A stretch of 64,000 bases of DNA, taken from assembly GCA_964057225.1 (NCBI GenBank), contig OZ059896.1, positions 13,826,001 through 13,890,000 of the forward strand, given 5' to 3'. The first letter of the stretch is position 1, and every line of letters begins with the position of its first letter. Made by a program: the position numbers and the translations under genes. Source of the DNA: Auanema rhodensis. Lineage: Eukaryota > Animalia > Nematoda. Of this stretch, positions 51,501-60,101 are shown piece by piece. The notes under the pieces are model-generated. The model saw nothing but the letters and a program-made list of their open reading frames with translations. It was not told the origin of the DNA and did no database searches.

Positions 51501-51988
51501 AGAAATTGATCATTCGATTTGTGTTCTGTTTCATTGTTTTCTGTTGAGCAATTGCTGTTGTGCTCAGATTCATTCTTATGAAGCGTTTTTCTCAGCTTTC
51601 TAAGTATGCGTTCGGCTTTCATGATGTGTTCGTCAAGCTCAATAATGGCGTTTTGAACCTTTTTAATGTTGGGTTCAAAGTCTTCATCGGATGTGAAGGC
51701 GATGTACTGTTCGTCTAATGCTTTACGAAGCGTTTTGTCTGATGCTTCGTAAAATTTTTGGAATTTTTTCTCGTTATCTTGATGATTTTTCAACGATTCT
51801 TTGAATTGGTGTTGGACTTTTGTCCAGCGAATGATAAGGCAAGAGAGGGTTTCCTCTTCTTCCTCAGTGTGGAAGTCGCAATCTACCAGAATACCAGGAA
51901 GGTCCTTCACTTCCATCTCGTATCGTGTAAGCAGTTCTCCAAGAAACTGGTTAGATTGTTTGATATGATTGACAAAAAGGAGTGACAT
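44057..51988 (-). CDS. Gag-Pol-Env polyprotein (2643 aa): DUF1759-like gag, 3 CCHC knuckles, aspartic protease, RT, RNase H, integrase, linker, phlebovirus Gc-like envelope
   Basis: LPTFDG..FW..F; CVFC-H-C / CWIC-H-C / CRNC-H-C; LIDEGS; LRIVFDAS, DIKAAF, LPFG..ASP, LYVDN; VFADAS, TIPRLEL; H..H..CVTC, DLMGP, SDCAGNF, GGCWERLVG; Cys-rich C-terminus with RCRHRGSC, GCYSCGQGA and a terminal TM. Confidence 0.96.
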   Translation of the reverse strand: MSLLFVNHIKQSNQFLGELLTRYEMEVKDLPGILVDCDFHTEEEEETLSCLIIRWTKVQHQFKESLKNHQDNEKKFQKFYEASDKTLRKALDEQYIAFTSDEDFEPNIKKVQNAIIELDEHIMKAERILRKLRKTLHKNESEHNSNCSTENNETEHKSNDQFLEIIKSFLHIQQTSIQKPAMSLPTFDGKPENFKSFWGRFDRLVHDNEQFTTLEKVNLLCESLKGDSQIAIRGIEPSAQNYELMREALVSEFGDYSSDINSLLTQLRNLRFASNNAKSCKETFGETKALIRQIEAAGATVSREMCTAMILNKFPYHIVEDILIYPNNYHSTKEMLTAVDHKIYSFFLKEQTRNSHEQKFRNPKENVTSVAHKENSVEQRKTQTWPCVFCDSSEHRFYHCTTFETPEKRRHRIRGKAICWICFSEKHKSSECRKQKCRNCQGDHNSSLCSQGRKNVQNTQKDKETPTIKKDQALLITTEELLNKKTTEYKQESDTNNRIPTEALNAPVSLNHIADTHNIEESQVILRTAMANIYNHNSKKYEQVRMLIDEGSMRSFISKDLSTKLGLPILGSQKKTFYGIGALSETHEVQDVKVIIGTSSGSLIVTKLFTKPMLTTPIRCPKLSKEDLKFIKTRKIKLANPQTNGESFTPDILIGMDRYKLFMHLNEETELPSRMRLKNSVFGHMIHGEAPLPDDNTQQEAILCSTVEEITKETSHKELLTNLFELDSIGINTENANADRTIDYYEEYSKDIKIENNRIIAPFPLKNNFKNLKNNKMPAYHRFVSLWRKLLHNPEMLSHYTTTIESYLKDNIVEQIPNNHQEPLEFYMPHHGVWKPSKANPLRIVFDASAKQKDSPSLNEIIHTGRSFITYIHDIMISCRTRPILITCDIKAAFLQIQLTENHKNLCKFFWIKNKEYPISHNNIITLRFNRLPFGITASPSVLNMGIKWFLESKVDNPLAMEILNNLYVDNIILTANTTAEAIKKCKETQKLFTEINMHVREFLSNDEQVIQNLPEEDRYPNMTTKILGISFNKEHDSFIIPIKITTTHTSYTKRILLSQLHSIFDPIGLAAPLLLPLKLILREIINTKSSWDQPIESDNIKQWEQHINHINNQQLTMKRYFKFSEHKTQLWVFADASNQAMAACSYFQTNEQISSLLNGKSRIAPKNKTTIPRLELLAIRLAVRMALAIVTICPKVAKVNIVSDSNIALSWIISLKSLPLFIKNQTNIINKQLHQIKQVCCNVELHHVQTSYNTADIGSRGADIEKLQDSDWIKGPHWLTKLSAHNPLTSFGSPKNSNRNNAESESEHHNVVHIIIDNLPTDDIWNIRENYDDVIKTMTTVGKLFKKWFLKVHPNNANKLQKIKHLTSTDTNTVEDINIIEKILISNSQSNMSLDELQQRNINLKFFKDTWDIYRVRSRLQNTLLPEETKNPIFLLKTNPIVKKLINKIHKDNNHQGKNFTLIQLRQKFYIPKITGVIKQTLKNCVTCKRFQSHPYELPDMPSLPKDRAILTRAFFSTGCDLMGPFTLRNGSKVHICLFTCMTTRAVHLEVVTNQSTVAFMNAFNRFISRRGTPEIMRSDCAGNFILSSKILETLEKTSDYNESSILNTLAQRKIKWIYNTPLSPWKGGCWERLVGVTKSSLKKCFVPSQMSLDDLHTAIVKIEAIINTRPLTHPHPDNLDALPIRPIDFLTSAIKFSLPENNDNTHIFDIHSDIQTIQSTEQALEALQLSEDSASKFWTRFQEEYLTSLKDIFKHKNKRKNHTNLFPHKDEIVIIQNDMSPRGTWKLGRIIETITSSDGNIRSAKVATSNGNIITRSINQLYPLEIRCNTSNNKIIEDNSHIVQENNSSTDRIAHTDTVLDNIHSDHHIEHTDETIHENNNINDSNHNYDIAYESDNSQHDNTYTPETENNEDATNDRPQNKTKPSSVKTAKYTEQDEVTEKENIKAFPLKMSYATHQRKNKINPKIAADIMKALSLPIIITSTYAEEINSCKDSNMFTTKLIANPHCSPEMATWTVIITIMAVTLIVSCLCRMGYSQYRYKTWSKNTQTMLNIMKLKHKTISEQEDHETDQKITEDHNDTLQLKQTNTQDANIVDHETFQKHIYPILNRTRKPPKFSLFTRGSQTSLPSLLAIILALCIGSCSSCSDVHVQHFVNIRCDDNLACYHEYSQDIIFSPGTKQLCITITHSNHEIGQFKITKLYTEHVCQKNTRYFTRQTTVNILSILRCRHRGSCDGTCETNSLHNKIEELQPYTFPSQSGCFTSSARFYTCPMIWTDPCLFYKIEHIPVTEEVYEVYTCDSWSTQTVFNIETTLLQQKNNYNITLQPYTKNREQLFNITTLSQSQPPPEMYTKLFFSSKENTYITDIHTKGIIQCATEEAALKHFNNCTVSSFCPCTFNRFDEIKCRCDTPTFEKMSNTSDIKSPNQNFKTKDNTLSFSTNLDENLVTVDSSLFLNSVIFSNNLPCAPALTKLSGCYSCGQGAFAEFQCLTAEETWISIECQKEVFMIKCSPKVAITKVTMKRENSQIDELCYTTCDNKKIKIIIKGILHHIASIDEINESDSSKGTESKSIDFAPIFKLILSKLGIILIGVAITATIGYVACTPIMYCVVLNTVLTTQWIATRIFTLWIKSKALFRDQRF

Positions 51989-52261
51989 TTTTGTTGTAGA
52001 TGTAGGAATAATGCTTATATTCCTTTTTTGTTTTCTTTTTTCTTTGTTTGTTTGGTGATCACAGTATATGTGAACGTAAGGAAATTGAAACCTCTGTTTC
52101 TAATTTCAGAGTTTGCTTATTGTTCAAGTCTGTTTGGTGTGACTTGACGTGGACTTATGATCGCCACGATTTTTATTAAGTATGTTTTTTGCACAAACAC
52201 GCTTGGTTCGACTTGTATCTCACCTGCCACGCGGGACTTAAAGCGGCTAAGATCTAAACTA

Positions 52262-52273
52262 GCCGATGCACCA
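52262..52273 (-). promoter_or_regulatory. Primer-binding site (tRNA-Gly-GCC) of copy 2
   Basis: GCCGATGCACCA on the + strand, 3 nt from the 5' LTR. Confidence 0.88.
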
Positions 52274-52276
52274 ATT

Positions 52277-52623
52277 TGTGGCAATATACCACAAGTGTAT
52301 AGTATGGTTGGAAGTAAAACACAAAGCGAATATGTAGAAAAGGGTTTATTGATGAATTAACAAGACAAGCACGGAATAAAATCACTGACTGCGAACGTTG
52401 AAGATGTAAGACTGATCTCTTCTCGTGGGCGGTCGTCAGCCTGAAACAAAGAGTTAGTCATGCCACATGTATAACACAACATGTGGTATGGATAAAAATT
52501 ACTTAGGAAGTTACAAGAAAGAAGAAAGAAGAGAGAGAGAGAGAGAGAGGGAGAGAACAGGAGAGACAAATAAAACAATTGTTGAAGATAAAATTTATAC
52601 AAACTCACTCGCTTATCGCGACA
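52277..52623 (-). repeat. 5' LTR of copy 2 (347 bp)
   Basis: Direct repeat of 42871-43217, adjacent to the PBS. Confidence 0.96.
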
Positions 52624-55600
52624 AACGGGGAGTCTTTTGATCTAAATCGTCGGTTCCGTGGTGTAGCGGTTAGCACTCAGGACTCTGAATCCTGCGACCC
52701 GAGTTCAAATATCGGCGGAACCTACTTTTTCATTTTGATCAACTAGTCAATTTGTTTCTTCTTGAACTATCTTCTTGAAGAACATAGTCAAGGCGGAGTT
52801 TTTTGATCTAAATCGTCGGTTCCGTGGTGTAGCGGTTAGCACTCAGGACTCTGAATCCTGCGACCCGAGTTCAAATCTCGGCGGAACCTAGTTTTTCATT
52901 TTTATCAGTTGGTCAATTTGTTTCTTCTTGAACTATCTTCTTGAAGAACATAGTCAACGGGGAGTCTTTTGATCTAAATCGTCGGTTCCGTGGTGTAGCG
53001 GTTAGCACTCAGGACTCTGAATCCTGCGACCCGAGTTCAAATCTCGGCGGAACCTACTTTTTCATTTTGATCAGTTGGTCAATTTGTTTCTTCTTGAACT
53101 ATCTTCTTGAAGAACATAGTCAACGGGGAGTCTTTTGATCTAAATCGTCGGTTCCGTGGTGTAGCGGTTAGCACTCAGGACTCTGAATCCTGCGACCCGA
53201 GTTCAAATATCGGCGGAACCTACTTTTTCATTTTGATCAACTAGTCAATTTGTTTCTTCTTGAACTATCTTCTTGAAGAACATAGTCAAGGCGGAGTTTT
53301 TTGATCTAAATCGTCGGTTCCGTGGTGTAGCGGTTAGCACTCAGGACTCTGAATCCTGCGACCCGAGTTCAAATCTCGGCGGAACCTACTTTTTCATTTT
53401 TATCAGTTGGTCAATTTGTTTCTTCTTGAACTATCTTCTTGAAGAAAATAGTCAAGGCGGAGTCTTTTGATCTAAATCGTCGGTTCCGTGGTGTAGCGGT
53501 TAGCACTCAGGACTCTGAATCCTGCGACCCGAGTTCAAATCTCGGCGGAACCTAGTTTTTCATTTTTATCAGTTGGTCAATTTGTTTCTTCTTGAACTAT
53601 CTTCTTGAAGAACATAGTCAACGGGGAGTCTTTTGATCTAAATCGTCGGTTCCGTGGTGTAGCGGTTAGCACTCAGGACTCTGAATCCTGCGACCCGAGT
53701 TCAAATCTCGGCGGAACCTACTTTTTCATTTTGATCAGTTGGTCAATTTGTTTCTTCTTGAACTATCTTCTTGAAGAACATAGTCAACGGGGAGTCTTTT
53801 GATCTAAATCGTCGGTTCCGTGGTGTAGCGGTTAACACTCAGGACTCTGAATCCTGCGACCCGAGTTCAAATATCGGCGGAACCTACTTTTTCATTTTGA
53901 TCAACTAGTCAATTTGTTTCTTCTTGAACTATCTTCTTGAAGAACATAAACAAGGCGGAGTCTTTTGATCTAAATCGTCGGTTCCGTGGTGTAGCGGTTA
54001 GCACTCAGGACTCTGAATCCTGCGACCCGAGTTCAAATATCGGCGGAACCTACTTTTTCATTTTGATCAACTAGTCAATTTGTTTCTTCTTGAACTATCT
54101 TCTTGAAGAACATAAACAAGGCGGAGTCTTTTGATCTAAATCGTCGGTTCCGTGGTGTAGCGGTTAGCACTCAGGACTCTGAATCCTGCGACCCGAGTTC
54201 AAATCTCGGCGGAACCTACTTTTTCATTTTGATCAACTAGTCAATTTGTTTCTTCTTGAACTATCTTCTTGAAGAAAATAGTCAAGGCGGAGTCTATTGA
54301 TCTAAATCGTCGGTTCCGTGGTGTAGCGGTTAGCACTCAGGACTCTGAATCCTGCGACCCGAGTTCAAATCTCGGCGGAACCTACTTTTTCTTTTTGATC
54401 AACTAGTCAATTTGTTTCTTCTTGAACTATCTTCTTGAAGAACATAAACAAGGCGGAGTCTTTTGATCTAAATCGTCGGTTCCGTGGTGTAGCGGTTAGC
54501 ACTCAGGACTCTGAATCCTGCGACCCGAGTTCAAATCTCGGCGGAACCTACTTTTTCATTTTTATCAGTTGGTCAATTTGTATCTTCTTGAACTATCTTC
54601 TTGAAGAAAATAGTCAAGGCGGAGTATTTTGATCTAAATCGTCGGTTCCGTGGTGTAGCGGTCAGCACTCAGGACTCTGAATCCTGCGACCCGAGTTCAA
54701 ATCTCGGCGGAACCTACTTTTTCATTTTTATCAGTTGGTCAATTTGTATCTTCTTGATCTATCTTCTTGAAGAAAATAGTCAAGGCGGAGTATTTTGATC
54801 TAAATCGTCGGTTCCGTGGTGTAGCGGTTAGCACTCAGGACTCTGAATCCTGCGACCCGAGTTCAAATCTCGGCGGAACCTACTTTTTCATTTTGATCAG
54901 TTGGTCAATTTGTTTCTTCTTGAACTATCTTCTTGAAGAACATAGTCAACGGGGAGTCTTTTGATCTAAATCGTCGGTTCCGTGGTGTAGCGGTTAGCAC
55001 TCAGGACTCTGAATCCTGCGACCCGAGTTCAAATATCGGCGGAACCTACTTTTTCATTTTGATCAACTAGTCAATTTGTTTCTTCTTGAACTATCTTCTT
55101 GAAGAACATAGTCAAGGCGGAGTTTTTTGATCTAAATCGTCGGTTCCGTGGTGTAGCGGTTAGCACTCAGGACTCTGAATCCTGCGACCCGAGTTCAAAT
55201 CTCGGCGGAACCTACTTTTTCATTTTTATCAGTTGGTCAATTTGTTTCTTCTTGAACTATCTTCTTGAAGAAAATAGTCAAGGCGGAGTCTTTTGATCTA
55301 AATCGTCGGTTCCGTGGTGTAGCGGTTAGCACTCAGGACTCTGAATCCTGCGACCCGAGTTCAAATCTCGGCGGAACCTAGTTTTTCATTTTTATCAGTT
55401 GGTCAATTTGTTTCTTCTTGAACTATCTTCTTGAAGAACATAGTCAACGGGGAGTCTTTTGATCTAAATCGTCGGTTCCGTGGTGTAGCGGTTAGCACTC
55501 AGGACTCTGAATCCTGCGACCCGAGTTCAAATCTCGGCGGAACCTACTTTTTCATTTTGATCAGTTGGTCAATTTGTTTCTTCTTGAACTATCTTCTTGA

Positions 55601-58600
55601 AGAACATAGTCAACGGGGAGTCTTTTGATCTAAATCGTCGGTTCCGTGGTGTAGCGGTTAGCACTCAGGACTCTGAATCCTGCGACCCGAGTTCAAATAT
55701 CGGCGGAACCTACTTTTTCATTTTGATCAACTAGTCAATTTGTTTCTTCTTGAACTATCTTCTTGAAGAACATAAACAAGGCGGAGTCTTTTGATCTAAA
55801 TCGTCGGTTCCGTGGTGTAGCGGTTAGCACTCAGGACTCTGAATCCTGCGACCCGAGTTCAAATCTCGGCGGAACCTACTTTTTCATTTTTATCAGTTGG
55901 TCAATTTGTATCTTCTTGATCTATCTTCTTGAAGAAAATAGTCAAGGCGGAGTCTTTTGATCTAAATCGTCGGTTCCGTGGTGTAGCGGTTAGCACTCAG
56001 GACTCTGAATCCTGCGACCCGAGTTCAAATCTCGGCGGAACCTACTTTTTCTTTTTGATCAACTAGTCAATTTGTTTCTTCTTGAACTATCTTCTTGAAG
56101 AACATAAACAAGGCGGAGTCTTTTGATCTAAATCGTCGGTTCCGTGGTGTAGCGGTTAGCACTCAGGACTCTGAATCCTGCGACCCGAGTTCAAATCTCG
56201 GCGGAACCTACTTTTTCATTTTTATCAGTTGGTCAATTTGTATCTTCTTGAACTATCTTCTTGAAGAAAATAGTCAAGGCGGAGTATTTTGATCTAAATC
56301 GTCGGTTCCGTGGTGTAGCGGTCAGCACTCAGGACTCTGAATCCTGCGACCCGAGTTCAAATCTCGGCGGAACCTACTTTTTCATTTTTATCAGTTGGTC
56401 AATTTGTATCTTCTTGATCTATCTTCTTGAAGAAAATAGTCAAGGCGGAGTCTTTTGATCTAAATCGTCGGTTCCGTGGTGTAGCGGTTAGCACTCAGGA
56501 CTCTGAATCCTGCGACCCGAGTTCAAATCTCGGCGGAACCTACTTTTTCTTTTTGATCAACTAGTCAATTTGTTTCTTCTTGAACTATCTTCTTGAAGAA
56601 CATAAACAAGGCGGAGTCTTTTGATCTAAATCGTCGGTTCCGTGGTGTAGCGGTTAGCACTCAGGACTCTGAATCCTGCGACCCGAGTTCAAATCTCGGC
56701 GGAACCTACTTTTTCATTTTTATCAGTTGGTCAATTTGTATCTTCTTGAACTATCTTCTTGAAGAAAATAGTCAAGGCGGAGTATTTTGATCTAAATCGT
56801 CGGTTCCGTGGTGTAGCGGTCAGCACTCAGGACTCTGAATCCTGCGACCCGAGTTCAAATCTCGGCGGAACCTACTTTTTCATTTTTATCAGTTGGTCAA
56901 TTTGTTTCTTCCTGAACTATCTTCTTGAAGAACATAGTCAAGGCGGAGTATTTTGATCTAAATCGTCGGTTCCGTGGTGTAGCGGTTAGCACTCAGGACT
57001 CTGAATCCTGCGACCCGAGTTCAAATCTCGGCGGAACCTACTTTTTCATTTTGATCAACTAGTCAATTTGTTTCTTCTTGAACTATCTTCTTGAAGAAAA
57101 TAGTCAAGGCGGAGTCTTTTGATCTAAATCGTCGGTTCCGTGGTGTAGCGGTTAGCACTCAGGACTCTGAATCCTGCGACCCGAGTTCAAATCTCGGCGG
57201 AACCTACTTTTTCTTTTTGATCAACTAGTCAATTTGTTTCTTCTTGAACTATCTTCTTGAAGAACATAAACAAGGCGGAGTCTTTTGATCTAAATCGTCG
57301 GTTCCGTGGTGTAGCGGTTAGCACTCAGGACTCTGAATCCTGCGACCCGAGTTCAAATCTCGGCGGAACCTACTTTTTCATTTTTATCAGTTGGTCAATT
57401 TGTTTCTTCCTGAACTATCTTCTTGAAGAACATAGTCAAGGCGGAGTCTTTTGATCTAAATCGTCGGTTCCGTGGTGTAGCGGTTAGCACTCAGGACTCT
57501 GAATCCTGCGACCCGAGTTCAAATCTCGGCGGAACCTACTTTTTCATTTTTATCAGTTGGTCAATTTGTTTCTTCTTGAACTATCTTCTTGAAGAACATA
57601 GTCAAGGCGGAGTTTTTTGATCTAAATCGTCGGTTCCGTGGTGTAGCGGTTAGCACTCAGGACTCTGAATCCTGCGACCCGAGTTCAAATCTCGGCGGAA
57701 CCTACTTTTTCATTTTGATCAACTAGTCAATTTGTTTCTTCTTGAACTATCTTCTTGAAGAACATAGTCAAGGCGGAGTTTTTTGATCTAAATCGTCGGT
57801 TCCGTGGTGTAGCGGTTAGCACTCAGGACTCTGAATCCTGCGACCCGAGTTCAAATCTCGGCGGAACCTACTTTTTCATTTTGATCAACTAGTCAATTTG
57901 TTTCTTCTTGAACTATCTTCTTGAAGAACATAAACAAGGCGGAGTCTTTTGATCTAAATCGTCGGTTCCGTGGTGTAGCGGTTAGCACTCAGGACTCTGA
58001 ATCCTGCGACCCGAGTTCAAATCTCGGCGGAACCTACTTTTTCTTTTTGATCAACTAGTCAATTTGTTTCTTCTTGAACTATCTTCTTGAAGAAAATAGT
58101 CAAGGCGGAGTATTTTGATCTAAATCGTCGGTTCCGTGGTGTAGCGGTTAGCACTCAGGACTCTGAATCCTGCGACCCGAGTTCAAATCTCGGCGGAACC
58201 TACTTTTTCATTTTTATCAGTTGGTCAATTTGTATCTTCTTGAACTATCTTCTTGAAGAAAATAGTCAAGGCGGAGTATTTTGATCTAAATCGTCGGTTC
58301 CGTGGTGTAGCGGTTAGCACTCAGGACTCTGAATCCTGCGACCCGAGTTCAAATCTCGGCGGAACCTACTTTTTCATTTTTATCAGTTGGTCAATTTGTA
58401 TCTTCTTGAACTATCTTCTTGAAGAAAATAGTCAAGGCGGAGTATTTTGATCTAAATCGTCGGTTCCGTGGTGTAGCGGTTAGCACTCAGGACTCTGAAT
58501 CCTGCGACCCGAGTTCAAATCTCGGCGGAACCTACTTTTTCATTTTGATCAACTAGTCAATTTGTTTCTTCTTGATTTATCTTCTTGAAGAAAATAGTCA

Positions 58601-59764
58601 AGGCGGAGTCTTTTGATCTAAATCGTCGATTCCGTGGTGTAGCGGTTAGCACTCAGGACTCTGAATCCTGCGACCCGAGTTCAAATCTCGGCGGAACCTA
58701 CTTTTTCTTTTTGATCAACTAGTCAATTTGTTTCTTCTTGAACTATCTTCTTGAAGAACATAAACAAGGCGGAGTCTTTTGATCTAAATCGTCGGTTCCG
58801 TGGTGTAGCGGTTAGCACTCAGGACTCTGAATCCTGCGACCCGAGTTCAAATCTCGGCGGAACCTACTTTTTCATTTTTATCAGTTGGTCAATTTGTTTC
58901 TTCTTGAACTATCTTCTTGAAGAAAATAGTCAAGGCGGAGTCTTTTGATCTAAATCGTCGGTTCCGTGGTGTAGCGGTTAGCACTCAGGACTCTGAATCC
59001 TGCGACCCGAGTTCAAATCTCGGCGGAACCTACTTTTTCATTTTGATCAACTAGTCAATTTGTTTCTTCTTGAACTATCTTCTTGAAGAACATAAACAAG
59101 GCGGAGTCTTTTGATCTAAATCGTCGGTTCCGTGGTGTAGCGGTTAGCACTCAGGACTCTGAATCCTGCGACCCGAGTTCAAATCTCGGCGGAACCTACT
59201 TTTTCTTTTTGATCAACTAGTCAATTTGTTTCTTCCTGAACTATCTTCTTGAAGAACATAGTCAAGGTGGAGTCTTTTGATCTAAATCGTCGGTTCCGTG
59301 GTGTAGCGGTTAGCACTCAGGACTTTGAATCCTGCGACCCGAGTTCAAATCTCGGCGGAACCTACTTTTTCATTTTTATCAGTTGGTCAATTTGTTTCTT
59401 CCTGAACTATCTTTTTGAAGAACATAGTCAAGGCGGAGTCTTTTGATCTAAATCGTCGGTTCCGTGGTGTAGCGGTTAGCACTCAGGACTCTGAATCCTG
59501 CGACCCGAGTTCAAATCTCGGCGGAACCTACTTTTTCATTTTTATCAGTTGGTCAATTTGTTTCTTCTTGAACTATCTTCTTGAAGAACATAGTCAAGGC
59601 GGAGTTGTTTGATCTAAATCGTCGGTTCCGTGGTGTAGCGGTTAGCACTCAGGACTCTGAATCCTGCGACCCGAGTTCAAATCTCGGCGGAACCTACTTT
59701 TTCATTTTTATCAGTTTGTCAATTTGTTTCTTCTTGAACTTTCTTCTTGAAGAACATAGTCAAG
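52624..59764 (+). tRNA. tRNA-Gln tandem array block 3: ~43 genes (52652 to 59695), nearly all CTG
   Basis: 6972 bp between first and last gene starts = 42 x 166. Confidence 0.96.
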
Positions 59765-60101
59765 CGTTCCGTTATGCTCTCACGTCGATTCTATAGACCA
59801 ATAAAGCCTACAAGATGAGTGTGATAGTATTCCAGATGTAGCGGTACATAAATAGCTTAATGGATAAACATAAGACTTGAGAAAGAAAGGTTTATTATGT
59901 CTACATGATTACAATAAGTTATAAAAGTCTGCATAAAGATATAAAGTGAAAGAGAGCTAAGAAAGGAAGACCAACCATCCATAGTCATTCCATAAGGCAA
60001 AGCTGAAGTCTGTGTTCCATATGAAGGGCGTGTCGTCCTCTCTCAGCCTCATGTTGTCTGATTCTAACCCGCCTGCTACGTATTGATTTCCGAATGGAAC
60101 G
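59765..60101. mobile_element. 337-bp non-coding insertion (solo-LTR-like or MITE), TSD CAAG, termini CGTTCC...GGAACG; further copies start at 60272, 60945, 61452, 61959, 62632, 63305 and 63812 (last one cut by the window end)
   Basis: Empty site CATAGT-CAAG-GCGGAG; filled site CATAGT-CAAG-[CGTTCCGTT...AATGGAACG]-CAAG-GCGGAG. The minus strand has a pyrimidine-rich tract, TTGTAA and AATAAA arranged as in an LTR R region. Confidence 0.82.

Larger units (their letters stand above)
42871..52623 (-). mobile_element. Full-length, apparently intact BEL/Pao env-bearing LTR retrotransposon, copy 2 (9753 bp), TSD AACGG
   Basis: 347-bp LTRs at 42871-43217 and 52277-52623 that look identical; AACGG at 42866-42870 and 52624-52628; uninterrupted 2643-aa ORF. 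Confidence 0.97.

Noticed and set aside
28649-52608. Short antisense and alternate-frame ORFs within the retrotransposons and their LTRs
   Set aside because: Shadows of the long ORF or of the (GA)n tract; no recognisable motifs, and they recur only because the element is present twice.
27397-52623. Idea that the two BEL copies arose by array duplication or misassembly
   Set aside because: Different TSDs, different positions in the unit, different LTR sequences and many internal substitutions.
14250-59764. CRISPR-like regular repeat/spacer pattern
   Set aside because: Spacers are near-identical rather than unique, the repeat is a tRNA, the context is eukaryotic and there are no cas genes.
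59765-60101. 337-bp insert as SL RNA, 5S rRNA or snRNA co-repeated with tRNA
   Set aside because: No SL1 leader (GGTTTAATTACCCAAGTTTGAG) or recognisable 5S/snRNA sequence on either strand; the TSD and terminal inverted repeats indicate a mobile insertion.
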